NCBI GenBank assembly: GCA_951406725.2 | Contig: OX597820.1 | Span: 36,704,001 to 36,768,000 of the forward strand | Origin: Octopus vulgaris | Lineage: Eukaryota | Length of the DNA stretch: 64,000 nt | Direction of reading: 5' to 3' | Notes under the pieces: generated by a model | Databases searched by the model: none | Told to the model about the DNA's origin: nothing | What the model saw: the letters and a program-made list of their open reading frames with translations, nothing else | Shown here: positions 25,649 to 37,355 of the stretch, piece after piece | Layout of the letters: each line of letters starts with the position of its first letter | How positions within the stretch are numbered: the first letter of the stretch is position 1 | Position numbers and translations under genes: made by a program

Positions 25649-26721
25649 ATGGATGAACAAACATTTTAAGGTCACATTCAGCATTGCATGATGTATGAAT
25701 TTCATAATGGCAACACTGCAACAAAAACACATGCAGTGTTTATCCTGATGGAGTAAGCACTTAAAAATGCCAGAGAGTTTCAAAATTTAAGGTGATTTTG
25801 ATCTTTCTGGTGGGCATTAATCAGGAAGACCTATTGTTCTGGATGATGACACCTTGAAAGCTGCAGTTGAAGAGGATCCACATCAAAGTATGAACAAATT
25901 GTCCCAGAGAATTAATACACCTTGATCCACCATACAGGAACGTGGAAAGGTACCACCATTCATCCTGAATTGAAAAGGTTTGGTAAAATGTCAAAGGTTG
26001 GAAAATGGGTTCCACATGATCTCTGCAGACAACTGTAAATGTGTTGACTGTTGTGCATCATAACAATCTCATGAATTGCAAATGCCTTTTTGGAACAAAG
26101 TCATTATGGGAAATGAAGAATGGATACCTTACTACTGTATAATGTTAAGCAAAACCTTAGTGGCTCAATCGTAGTGAAAAGGCAGCTCAGCAGCCCAGAA
26201 GTGACCAGCATCCAAGGAAGATTCTTCTGAGTGTATGGTGGGATATGCACAGAATAATTCATCAAAAGCTGCTAGACAATAATCATACAATAACAGCCAA
26301 TGTATACTGCCAATAGCTAAGATATCTGAAAGTATCTTTGTAGCAAAAATGTCCATTAACGAACAGAAAAGGAGTCCTCTGTCATCAGGATAACACAAAA
26401 CATCACGCTGCACTAAAGTTCCAAATATCTAGAAGAATATGCTTGGAAAATTATGTATTGCCCACCATGTTCTCTGGACCTCGCACTTATAGATTACCAT
26501 CTGTTTAGAAGTTTACAAAATCATTTGAGTGGATTAAGACTTACTTCAAGAGCAGAAGTCAAAAATGAGTTAATTTCCCTTTTCACTTCTCATTGACAAA
26601 TGGAAAGAAGTAATAAAAAATGGTGACTATATTAAAGATTAAATAAAATCAGATATTGCTTTTTTTTTTATTGTTTTATTAAGCCTTAAAAAATGGACAA
26701 AATTTTCATTACAACCTGATA
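25649..26721 (+). mobile_element. Heavily degraded mariner (different subfamily from the 6447 copy)
   Basis: Remnant motifs HCMMYEFHNGNTAT, GKWVPH, GNEEWI, LSVWWD, HQDNTK and PPCSLDLALIDYHLF. TIR-like right end ...TTTTCATTACAACCTGATA. Confidence 0.8.
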
Positions 26722-26739
26722 TAAAGAAGAGAGCAAAAA

Positions 26740-27160
26740 AGGTTTGTAGTGAAATCCAGTCTGAAAATAGTGATTTATATCCTCACACACAAGTATATAC
26801 AGAGAATAATGTCTCTATATTAAAACATTATACAAACAAGCTGCATCATTTAACATAAATTACTTGGCACTATTCTGAAATTGAGCAACTATGAAATTTG
26901 TAATAAAATAGTCAGCTATAAAACACTCCAGTTGTTATAAATGTGCTGTCTGCAGAGGTGTCATTCAAACTGATCAATGATACACAATTAAATGACAGTA
27001 ATTATTTCTGTAATATTGTAAAACATTCACTATGAATGGTTGATTAATCTTACCACAAATGTACTGTGACAGGAAAGGAATCATATTACTGTGATATCAG
27101 TTGTAAAACATTCTCTTCCAAAGGTGACTTAAATTGCTGCATGCAAATAAAAATAATGCA
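26740..27160 (+). pseudogene. C2H2 zinc-finger relic
   Basis: YKCAVC, YFCNI-KTF and YHKCTVTGKESYYCDISCKTFSSKGDL, plus the N-terminal motif shared with the 9.1-kb relic. Confidence 0.6.
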
Positions 27161-27699
27161 GCAGTAATTTTATAAGTATTTAATCAATCTAATATATAAA
27201 ACTATTTTGTCTTTAATGTAGACTGATGAGGAAAAGTTGACTAATTAGTCTTCAGTGTAGACTAATGAGGAAAAGCTGAACACCTCAACAATTAATTAAT
27301 GAAGGTTAGTTTTTAGTAGCTTGTTTATCAAGAATTTCTTTGTGTTAGGTCACTCTCTTTTTCAGGTGTAACTTTAACGACTTGTCCAACCTTCACTTAA
27401 ATCAACCATTGATATAATTTCAAGTCAGTATAGTGCTGTCTCTTTATAAGGCATCTTGCTGTACCCCGTCCCTGCATATAACATGGGTGGTTCGATGGAC
27501 CCCAAATAATTTGAAGCAAAATTTCCCTCATTATTGCTCACAACTTGCAAAAACCTTGATTAAAAGCAGAATTTCAGCAAATTTCAACAAAATACATACC
27601 TTAATCAACAGCTTGAAAATATTGCCATATAATTGTGTGCTAATTACATGTTTTGTGTGCATAATTTCTTTGATTTTGTGATGAAAACAACATCTAGCA

Positions 27700-28680
27700 T
27701 AGTAGCAGGAATAAAAGCAAGCATTCAGGTAGGACTCCACAATGAGGGGTCTTATCGGAATGCTCTGCTAAAGAGCCTCCCTGTACCTCTTGCTACATCT
27801 AAAAACACTGAGAAGACCGCGGATTCTGCTACCCACGAAGTTATTGCCATTGGGGTACCAGAAGACATGGCTGATCTTCAGGCATTTGCTGCCAACTCAG
27901 CCAAAGACCTAGGCTGCGTTCCCCCAACGGGTGCTCTCCGCCTTGGACAACCTGGCCCAAAACCCAGGCTCATCAAGCTGTCTTTTTCAGACCACGCTGA
28001 GGCAACCGCATACCATCTGGCCTCAGTTAAAGCTGGGCGTGAAAATCGGACTACCTTCCGAACACGCCCAGGCTTACCACCCGATGTACGTCCGAAGCTA
28101 CGTGCAGCGGCTACCCTGAACTGGAACTTAGCTCTGCAAGAAAGTTTCAGTCTTCGTGAGGATGGACAAATCTGGAGATTTGTTAAGACTGGTGAAACGT
28201 GGAAGAGAGATACCAGCTGGTCTGAGTGCTCTCTACCCACAATAACTGAAAATGGAAAAAAAACTATAGCAACTCTGGGAAACTAAACCAGAACAACCTG
28301 CCATCCTCTACACACCATCATAAACTGCAAGCAGGGTACAAATTGTTGTCCTTAAATGCTCGCAGTTTATACAACAAAATACATCTGTTCAACTCCTACG
28401 TCAGAAGTATTGACCCTGACTTCATCACAGTCACGGAAACATGGGCACATTCCTTACTCTGTGATGGGGTTTTCAACATTACTGGGTACAACCTTTTCCG
28501 CAAGGACCGCATTAACTGCCGTGGTGGTGGTGTGATGGTCTACGTTCGTTCAAATTTTTCGGTAATTCCTTGTGCTGATTTGAACGAATCACAAGAAGTT
28601 TTTTCTGTGACATACGTATGACCATGTCAACACTCCTGCTTGGCGTTGTTTATCGTCCCCCAAATTACCATCAAGACACA
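27700..28680 (+). mobile_element. CR1/L2-group LINE: ORF1 C-terminal part plus APE N-terminus
   Basis: ORF 27633-28286 (RLGQPGPKPRLIKLSF, typical of CR1 ORF1) and ORF 28343-28621 (SLNARSLYNK..TETW..GYNLFRKDR..GGGVMVYV), then GVVYRPP. Confidence 0.85.
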
Positions 28681-29231
28681 CATCTTTGCGATATCCTGCG
28701 TTCGCCCGCCTTCGCTAATCTGTTCATTCGTCCTCTCGCAATTGAACATTCGCTTTCCGCCCACGCCTAGGCAGGATATTTTTCTTTCTTTTCGTTTCCA
28801 CTTTCTCGTGCCTCCTTCCTCGCCTCTGACCTCCGGCCTTGTCTTCGTTTTCTCTTCGCAGCCGAGGACCCGGTCAGGTTACACCGCTGACCTTGTGTCG
28901 CGTCGGATGGGCTAGTTGTTGCTTCCCGGTCCACCACAGGCAACGTGGCGTCACCAAAGAGAGCGGTGCCGTCTGTCCGTTCCCAGACAGACCCGTGGCT
29001 TCAACTCCGGGTGTTGCTGCATCGCCGCCATGATGAGCATCATCCCGTTCCTCCTCGTCATCCCGGCATCTCCACCTTGACGTGTCATTGAGGCCGATGC
29101 CGGCGACCACCACCATCGCACTTGCTCGTTGACTGCAGTTCGTGGCAGCCGTTTCGAAAGGCATCATTTTCAATTACAATTTCAAGCTACCTTGCAGATA
29201 TTTAAAAAACATTTTGCCACATGAAAACACA

Positions 29232-30100
29232 ATGCATAAGAGGAAATCCTATTCTGTAATGGAAAAGTGAGATCTGGTTGACAGTATGTGAAATGGCAGA
29301 TTCAAAACCAAACTATCAAGAGAGACTGGCATTCTAGAGTCTACCCTGCATGGTTGGGTTAGGACGAAGCTAACCTCAGGAATTATGTAAATACAGTTCT
29401 GGACAGTGAGGGCTTAGCTAGGAAGAAGGCCAGGACTGACAGTGAACTTGAGAAAGCAGTTTTCATCTGGTTTGTCCAGGAGCTGAGTGGCAGCACCCCA
29501 CTATCAGGTGCCATTATCAGAACCCAGGCAGAGAAGTTTTATAGGCATCTGCATCCAGAGCAACCTGACTAGCAGACCGTTCTAGCCAGTAAGGGGTGGT
29601 TGTACAGGTTCCAGAATCGCCATGGTATAGATGCTGTCAAGATCAGTGGGGAGCAGAGATCAGCAGACAGCCAAGCTGCAGATGACTTCCCAGCTACCCT
29701 GAAGAAGCATATGGAAGTAGAGTCCCTCACCCCAGAACAACTATACAATGCAGATGAGTCTGGCATCTACTCGAAGATGCTACCAAACAACACCCTAGCA
29801 GTAACAACAGATGCCCACAAGACCTTGGGCTACAAACAAGCAAAGAACAGACTCACCATCCTCTTTGCCTGCAACAAGACAGGCAGCCACAAGCTTAAAC
29901 TCCTGGTTGTGGGCAAGTTTCGATCTCCACTTAGTGTTTCAGACGATCTGAAGTAACTTATCATCAAGGATGCCAGTTACTTGTCAGGCAGAGCCTGGGC
30001 TGCAGTGTCAACCAAGACCATAGCCAAATGTTGGAACAAGGCCCTTCCCAACAGCCAGAGCTAGAGTCAGAAAAAGAGGAATTTATGGGATTCACTGAGG
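29232..30100 (+). pseudogene. Tigger/pogo (CENP-B/jerky-like) transposase relic
   Basis: KRKSYSVMEK..GILESTLHGW, ELEKAVFIWF..PLSGAII..ASKGWLYRFQNRHGI, LYNADESG, KNRLTILFACNKTGSHKLK, with stops and deletions. Confidence 0.85.
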
Positions 30101-30164
30101 AGGAGACCAGGGCAGTATAACAGCACCTAGAGGATCACCTAGAGGAGACAATAACCCTACAACC

Positions 30165-30530
30165 CTAGTTAAGAAATTAGAAGAGGCATTTAGAACTGGC
30201 ATCATGCCCAACGTACTGGTGGCAAGGTTGGCCCTCGACCAACACTTCAACGCTAAACATGAAGGATGCGTTGTCAGAGCTAGGATGTGTGCTCTGAGGA
30301 ACGAAAGAGTTGGAGCTACCCGAGAGGTGGAGGCACAATGAGGCAACAAAGTCACCATTAGGTCTCTGACAGATGAACAAGAACACCAATTACTCAAGCC
30401 CGAAAGGATGTGTGAGGCCTTTCAACAACACTTTGCCCGACTGTTCAGGGCAACTGGTGGGTCAGAACGCAAGGTGGACTTTAGTGCCTACCTGCATGGC
30501 CTGCAATGACTCTCAGCAACACTGCAATCT
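30165..30530 (+). mobile_element. Tx1-like LINE ORF2 linker fragment
   Basis: LVKKLEEAF..ARLALDQHFNAKHEGCVVRAR..MCEAFQQHFARLF is homologous to 38260-38370 of the full element. Confidence 0.75.
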
Positions 30531-30589
30531 GGCAGCTCACAGCAGATTCTTGTCCTGCTCTAACTTCAGCCATTATCTCCAGAGGTAAT

Positions 30590-30900
30590 GTACCTCATGT
30601 GAACGGAGCTATAATGAACAATGCGCTACCATACAGATGGTCGCCGGAAGTGAACCCCATGAATGAGAACTAAATAAATAACCATTGAATTGCATCCGCT
30701 TGTAAGCTTCTTCTTTCGAGTTCCAGATCCTAAGACTACAGAAAATAATTGTAATGGGAGAAGGAGATACTCTGCAGGTATCATGAACCTTCGAGACCCA
30801 TTATAAAATGATGACCCCGATCAAGAAAATGGATTTCAGCAGCCACAAAGCTTTAATGTGGTAGATGCATCACCCGAACTACAGAATGGCAGTTTTCACT
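30590..30900 (+). mobile_element. LTR-like remnant plus short hairpin unit plus degenerate Trp-type PBS
   Basis: AATAAA-containing block ending CTACA (30740); TGTAATGGG...CCCATTATA at 30750-30805; TGATGACCCCGA at 30809-30820. Confidence 0.45.
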
Positions 30901-31628
30901 TGCATTCTCAGCTAAAAATCAATGGCCTGACATCAGGATATCTTCTCTCATTCAAGTGAACCTTTAGAATTCAGGTTCTTTGCCTTGAACTCATACCTAG
31001 AAAAGTATTCATTTTTCTTACAAGGAAAATACATGGTATTCTTTCAAATAATCTCCTGTTGAAGTTCATTGTATATATATATATATATATATTGCCAAGT
31101 TCATAATGGGAAGTTTGCAATATATGGCAAAACACTACCAAAAATAAGAACGTGGCATTTGCTGATCGGTCGTATTAAAAAGTAAAGATATCTTGTGCTT
31201 CTTGCGAATTCAAATATTATATTTGCATGTGTAACTTTATTCAGGAAGACGGAAAAGCTACAGAATTCCTTCGGAATCATGGTGTCCTACCCACTTCTGT
31301 AACATGTCCTCGATGTGGAAGCGAATGTGTATACAGAGAAGACCAGCATATTTGGAGATGTAGGAAAAGTTTTACTGTCGCAAAATCGAAGAAGCGGCGT
31401 CAATGTGGCTATTCGATATCAGGCTTTCATGGGACTTTTCTTGATAATGCACGCATTAGTCCATGGGAGCTTATCTTTGTAAATGAGTTTCTGCTTGGTG
31501 CATGGCAGCATAAAAGAGTCGTAGAAAACTTGGAATTGGGTCCAGCAACTAGTGTAGACTGGAGATCATTTTGTTCCAAAGTTACGGAAAAGTGGCTTCA
31601 ATCTCAGGAAGCGATCGGCGCCGAATCA

Positions 31629-32963
31629 GGCCAAGCTGCCAAGATTCCAGAAATATATGAAGAAGGACAGCAGTGAGGTCGAACTAGCACCGACACCCAA
31701 GAGAAAAGAATGGTACGATAAAAGGACCATCATATACAGGGTGTTCGCAAGCGAAAGAAGATAGAAGTTGTGAACATGGAGTGGATAGAGGAGGCGCTAA
31801 GAAGAACGGAAGAGGAGATTAATTTTCTGACGCGAGGGTCAAAGTATGGTACTGTAGTAGTACAGTTTAAAAGTGAGATTGCAGCAAGGAAGATGGCGGC
31901 GAAGGCGGCGAAATCCGAGAAGGTAATACTTTTGCCTACGTATCTAAATAGAAGAATTACACGTGTAAGGGTCGAGGGAGTGCCCCCAAACGTTGAGGCC
32001 GAGTGGATTGTGGCGGCTGTGATCAGCGGCCACGAGGAGGAAGTGGACATTCTCCATGCCTCGGTTAAGACCGAGGGCTGGAGAGGCGTGACAGTGGAAC
32101 TGAACGTGCAGGCAGAGAACGATGTACTGGTGTACCTGGCGGAAAGCATCAGATTGGGAGACGTAATCATGAGAGTGTGGGTGGAGGGCAGAGCTCCACG
32201 TTGTTACAAGTGTGGCCTGAGGGGTCACATAAGAGCCTACTGCCCTCCCCCAGTGAAAGAAATGGATTCCGAACCACAGAGAGAGGAGGAAAAGGAGCAG
32301 AAGGAGACAGTAGAAGAGGAAGAGAATTCACAGGAATGGAAGGAAGCTGGGAAGAAGAGGAAGAGGAGAATAAGAGGAAGGGAAAATAACACAGAACACC
32401 AATCCACCCCAATATCACCCACACCCTCTGAGTCCCACCCTATCCCTGCAGACAGTGAACCCACCCGCTCCCCTCCAACAAGAAAACAGAAAAGAAAAGA
32501 CACACAAAACCAAGACACAAAAAATGAACCCAGGCCAAACATTGTATGTATGACGGGAAAAGAAAAGATTAAAAAGAAAATGGAAGAGTATCAATGGTGT
32601 GACAGAGGAAAGATCAGGTATGCAGTAATTGGAAAAGGACGAATGGATGAGTTTATGGAAATGTGTGAAGGGGAGGATTGGGAAGTAAGTGAAGTGAGAA
32701 TGGTTGAAAAAATCATGAGGGATTTGGAAGAGACGTTTGAAAAAAGGATGGAGATGGAAGGATTTTGTATAGGAACGGAACAAGGAACATTTGTGTGGGA
32801 TTAAAGGACAGGTAAGTGATGCTAGCAGATGGGGCCATTGACACCACTTTCATATATCATTTTCATATTTCATTTTGCCCATATCTATGTAATTGTGATG
32901 TTCTATGTCCCCAATGTTTGTAACGTCCCCTCTATGTAGCCCCTAGTGGGTAATAAAAAATCA
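31629..32963 (+). mobile_element. ORF1-only non-LTR retroelement (HAL1-like 'half-LINE'), 5'-truncated
   Basis: ORF1 is followed directly by a ~150-bp 3'UTR and AATAAA, with no ORF2. Possible AATCA TSD at 31624-31628 and 32964-32968. Confidence 0.75.
31770..32804 (+). CDS. Tx1-like ORF1 (gag-like CCHC zinc-knuckle protein)
   Basis: CYKCGLRGHIRAYC knuckle; colinear similarity to ORF 35891-36814. Homology continues upstream to ~31633 across one frameshift. Confidence 0.75.
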   Translation: MNMEWIEEALRRTEEEINFLTRGSKYGTVVVQFKSEIAARKMAAKAAKSEKVILLPTYLNRRITRVRVEGVPPNVEAEWIVAAVISGHEEEVDILHASVKTEGWRGVTVELNVQAENDVLVYLAESIRLGDVIMRVWVEGRAPRCYKCGLRGHIRAYCPPPVKEMDSEPQREEEKEQKETVEEEENSQEWKEAGKKRKRRIRGRENNTEHQSTPISPTPSESHPIPADSEPTRSPPTRKQKRKDTQNQDTKNEPRPNIVCMTGKEKIKKKMEEYQWCDRGKIRYAVIGKGRMDEFMEMCEGEDWEVSEVRMVEKIMRDLEETFEKRMEMEGFCIGTEQGTFVWD

Positions 32964-33566
32964 AATCAAAGTCAAAATTGATGAGACTTTGATTGGTTCG
33001 TCATAAGTACGGGAGGGGTCGAATTTTGAGCCAAGTTTGGTTGTTTGGTGGAATAGAGCGAACCAGTAAGCGTCGTTTTGTTGTGCCTCTCATTAATAAG
33101 TGTAACAAAGCGACACTGATTCCTCTGATCCAAAAACATATCAAACCTGGCTCAATTATTTACAGCGATTCTTGGGCTGCCTACAAAGCAGTTTGGGTTA
33201 CCACTATTTAGTGATAAACCATTCTGAAAACTTTGTACATCTGACACACAAACACATACACACACAAAACATTGAACGTTTGTGGAGAGATGTAAAAGAA
33301 TGGATTCAGCGACCAGGCATGCGGTCGAAATATTTAAATCAATATCTGTCTAGATATTTATTTATCTCCTCGGAGAGAAATAAATTTTTGTTACTCCACA
33401 AATTCTTTCGACAGGCTGCCAAATTATACGTACCCCTCACAGAACAGTCACACTTTCTGACTGCTTAATCGCAATTCCAGGGGTGCTAATGTAGATTTGC
33501 ACCTGAGAGGCTATATGTAGCAATATTGCTATTCTCACTGTTTGAGAAAATCATTTCAATTGAGCC

Positions 33567-33785
33567 ATGTTAAAGATTCTGGCCAAGGTGCTTGCAAAGA
33601 GAGTTAGGGTTGTCGTGGGCGACCTGGTGGGAGAAGCACAGACATGTGCCATCCCAGGAAGGATGATACGAGACAACCTTCACCTCATTCGCTACACCAT
33701 AGAGTGGGTGGGTAAAATGCATGGCAACGGTGGGGCACTGGTGAATTTGGACCAGTCTAAGGCGTTTCATAGGGTTGACCACAAA
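33567..33785 (+). mobile_element. Tx1-like RT fragment
   Basis: LKILAKVLAKR..AQTCAIPGR.IRDNLHLIRY..LDQSKAFHRVDHK closely parallels 38580-38790. Confidence 0.85.
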
Positions 33786-35890
33786 TTATTGCTTATTGTC
33801 CCTACCGATACGTTTTGTACATATACCCAAATAAAGAGTGTTATATTGTTCGGATGCTTTCTTGTTCTTTACATCAATATTTTTAGAAACAAAGAGGAAA
33901 CTGTATTTTGCACTGATAGGGCTGTGTTGCCAATGTTGGTGTTGATAAAGGTGCATGTGTAAATGATGGTGTTGTCAAAGGTGCATGTGAAGGTTCAAAG
34001 ATGGTTGTGGCAGTGGTGTCATCAAAAGATGTGGACACCTCAAAATATGCCCTTTTAAGATGATCTATGGAGACGGTCTCCGAACGACCATTAATGTCAA
34101 GTTTGAATATTTTCGACATGCGGGAAAGCACACGCAAAAGTCCTTTATAAGGAGAAACAAGACGTCCTTTGACAATCATCTCGAACAAAAACAGGTGTCC
34201 AAGAGTCAAGATCTGATGGCACATTAGAAGGAGGATTTTGGTGTCGGGGACCCATAGGAGGAAGGGCAGAAAAATAAATGCGTAGTCGAGCAACATAAGA
34301 CTCTAAATTAACAGACTGTGATTTGTCTGGCACCATCATCATACCAGGTAATGCCAGTGTGGTACCAGAAGAAAAACCAAGGTCTGCTTTAACCGCAGTC
34401 CAACATCCAAGCAGGACGATAGGAAGAAATACAGTCCACGACTGTGGATTCGGCGAGGCACGCAACGCGGCCTTAAGTTGCCTGTGGAAACGCTCCACCA
34501 TCCCATTAGAAGCGGGATGGTAACTAGTGGTGCGTATATGATGCACCCTCATATGATGCATCGTGGTCGACAATTCGAAGCTGTTTTATTTCGTGAGTTA
34601 TCACGATCTGTGGTTAAACTGGACGGTACACCGAACCTAGAAATCCAGCTAGACATGAAGGCTTTCGCAACAGTTTCAGCAGAAATGTCTGCGATAGGAA
34701 TAGCTTCCGGCCAACATGAGAAACGATCGATACATGGTCCAACCAAATCAAGGCAAAAATGGGCCTCAGGAGAAGAAAACTGTCCAAGTGGAGCACGAAT
34801 GTATCTATGGACTTTAGCACTCTAGCACTTCAAACAAGAGTGTGCCTAAGAGGTAATCGATTGCTGCATATTGGGCCAGAAGAACCGAGCAGTAACAAGC
34901 TTTACTGTGGCAGAGATGCCTGGATGTGACAATGAATGAAGGGCATCAAAACCAGAACGTTGATGGTTCTCAGGTACTAACGGCCTAGGAGAACCGGTGG
35001 AGATGTCACAAAGAATAGAGTTTCTGCTGAAGGGGGCGGATGGTAGGCAAACTTACAATTGATAAACTTGGACTAAAGGTGGTTGATCCTGTGAAATAGC
35101 AGTTAAGTCAATTGCTGCAGGAGAGGAAATGGAATTGACAGGGAACCTAGAGAGAGCATCAGCTGGAACGTTCTCCTTCCCTGGCACATTTCGAATGTCA
35201 ATTGTAAACTGAGAAATATAGTCCAGGTGACGGAAAGCACGAGGGGAGAGTTTATTTGTTTTGGAAGATAGTGCAAACGTAAGGGGCTTGTGATCAGTAT
35301 AAATCACAAACTCCCGTCCCTCGAGCTGGTGCTGAAAATGTCGAACTGACAGATAGATCGCTAGTAACTCACGATCAAAAGTACTATATCTGCGTTCAGC
35401 AGGCTGAAGCTAGCAAGAAAAGAAAGCCAAAGGTTTAGTTTCACCATCTACGGTGTGCTGCAAGACAGCGCCAATTGCAGAATCTGATGTGTCCACAGAT
35501 AAAGTAAGTGGAGCATCAGGAGCCGGATGTGCTAGAACAGGAACTGAAGCTAGTTCCTTTTTAACCAACTCAAAGGCAGACTGCTTCAGCTGAAAGAGTA
35601 AGACGGGCGTCTTTTTTTGAATTGCCCTTTAGCATCTGCGTTAAAGGAAACAACTTGTCTGCACACCGGTTTATGTTACTTGTCTAGGGACACCTCTTTC
35701 ATCTGCGTTTTGAGAATTTTGCTGCCTTTTTGTTGAGTGAGTTCGTCGTTGTTTGTGTTTACTCGTAAATTGAACAGTTGTCCGTTGTGTAACGGTAATT
35801 TTCGCCCTACGGGGCAGAAAATTCTGTGTTTAAACATTGTCATTACCTTCGAGGTAATATTTTTGAAACATTTGTTCTCTAATTTGAGAA

Positions 35891-37328
35891 ATGGATTTCG
35901 ACTTGGCGTCGAAGAGCGACTTTCCCGTGATGGGAAAAGGTGAACCAAAGGATACTGAAGTCAAAAAACAGTCTTTTTCGGCCGCAGTGGGCGGAACCAT
36001 AACGGATGTAGAATTTAAGATTGAACAGTTATTCGAATTTCGGAACTTGGTAAAAATGGAAGGCAATGAAATTAAACTGGTACCGCCGCAAGCGAAGGTA
36101 CAGGAAATAAAGGCAAAGACAGTTGTATACAAAGTTTATAGCAGCAAAGAAAAAAAAATCATGGATGTCAAAAACGAGATAGTAGAAAAGTGCTTGTCCC
36201 CGGTATGGGACAAAATTCGCCACGTTGTCCGAGGTGCTCGCAGCGCTACCGTTGAAGCACATTTCGACTCGGCTGAAGTGGCAAGAGAGGTGTCATCAAT
36301 GACCTTGAAAAGTGAGGATATCATGTTGCTACCCTCGTATGTGGGGAAAAGAACAGCCAAACTACATGTAGAGGATATACCGAGAGGGTATGATATAATG
36401 TGGGTAGCAGCGGCAGTCCTGCACAACGTAGAGCGGGAAGTTTCAATTCTGCAGATGAGAAGGAAAGAGGAGGTGTGCTGGAAAGGACAAACGCTAGAAC
36501 TCCTCGTTCAGGCGGAAAATAAGATACTAGAAAACTTACCCGATAGGGTATTTAATGAGGATGGAACTTCAATGAGAGTGTCAGTGGAGGGGCGCAGACC
36601 TAGGTGCTTTAAATGTGGCGAAAAGGGTCACGTCCGCTCAAACTGTTTAAAAAAAAAGAAAATCAACGAAGCCCCTCCTCAAAGTGCTTCAAACACTGAA
36701 AAAGAGAAGGCGGAAAAAGAACCCAAGACGGCGACAAGGAAAGAAACCGAAACGGAGGATTTTAATGAACAAATGGAATATACACAAGTGACACACAAAA
36801 GAAAAAAAAGATAACACCCTGGACTCCCCTCCCCAAACAAGGAAAAAATCAGCAAACACCGCAGACATACAGACAAAACAAATTCCTCAGCCCTACCCCC
36901 ACGGCACTGTATTCATTGGAACACAGTTCGCCAAGCCCCTCCCCATAAAACAAGATTTGAAAAAATTGCTAAATAAAAATGATAAGATTATAGCATTTGA
37001 CGAGAAGAATGATAGGGTGTACAAATATTTTAAATTTTCAAAATTTAAACTATTCAGCAAGTCTACAGACACAAAAGCAACCACTCGCTTCGCAAAAATA
37101 AAGGAAGACGAGTGGAAGGAAGAAACACTGCAAGAACATTTGAAGAATAGGCTTATAAGAGATGTAACGAAGGAAGTACTGGAGGGTAAATTTATTATAA
37201 CCCCGGCAACCACACCTACCCAGAGCCTGATGGCAACGCCGGTTAAGAGCCCTGCAGCTACGACCACAAGGGAGGAAGAAGGGGAAGCAGGCAGATTTAA
37301 ACTGTCATGCTCCCTGTCCCAACCGTAA
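35891..37328 (+). pseudogene. Tx1-like ORF1 (CCHC knuckle), one frameshift near the A-run at ~36805
   Basis: CFKCGEKGHVRSNC. ORFs 35891-36814 and 36957-37328 are in different frames. Confidence 0.8.
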
Positions 37329-37355
37329 GTTTGTTTATTTTTTCTCTCACCAACA

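Larger units (their letters stand above)
31227..33468 (+). mobile_element. Merlin (IS1595/ISXO2-like) transposase pseudogene split by a retro-insertion
   Basis: N-part: CPRC..WRC..CG..SVDWRSFC..IG. C-part: VKIDET..KYGRGR..WLFGGIER..TLIPLI..PGSIIYSDSWAAY..NHSENFV..HTQNIERLW. Confidence 0.9.

Noticed and set aside
29600-29956. Domesticated TIGD/jerky host gene
   Set aside because: Multiple stops in the HTH region and deletion of much of the DDE domain.
31227-33468. Bacterial IS1595 contamination or horizontal transfer
   Set aside because: Merlin is the established eukaryotic relative. Three decayed copies are interleaved with eukaryotic retroelements.
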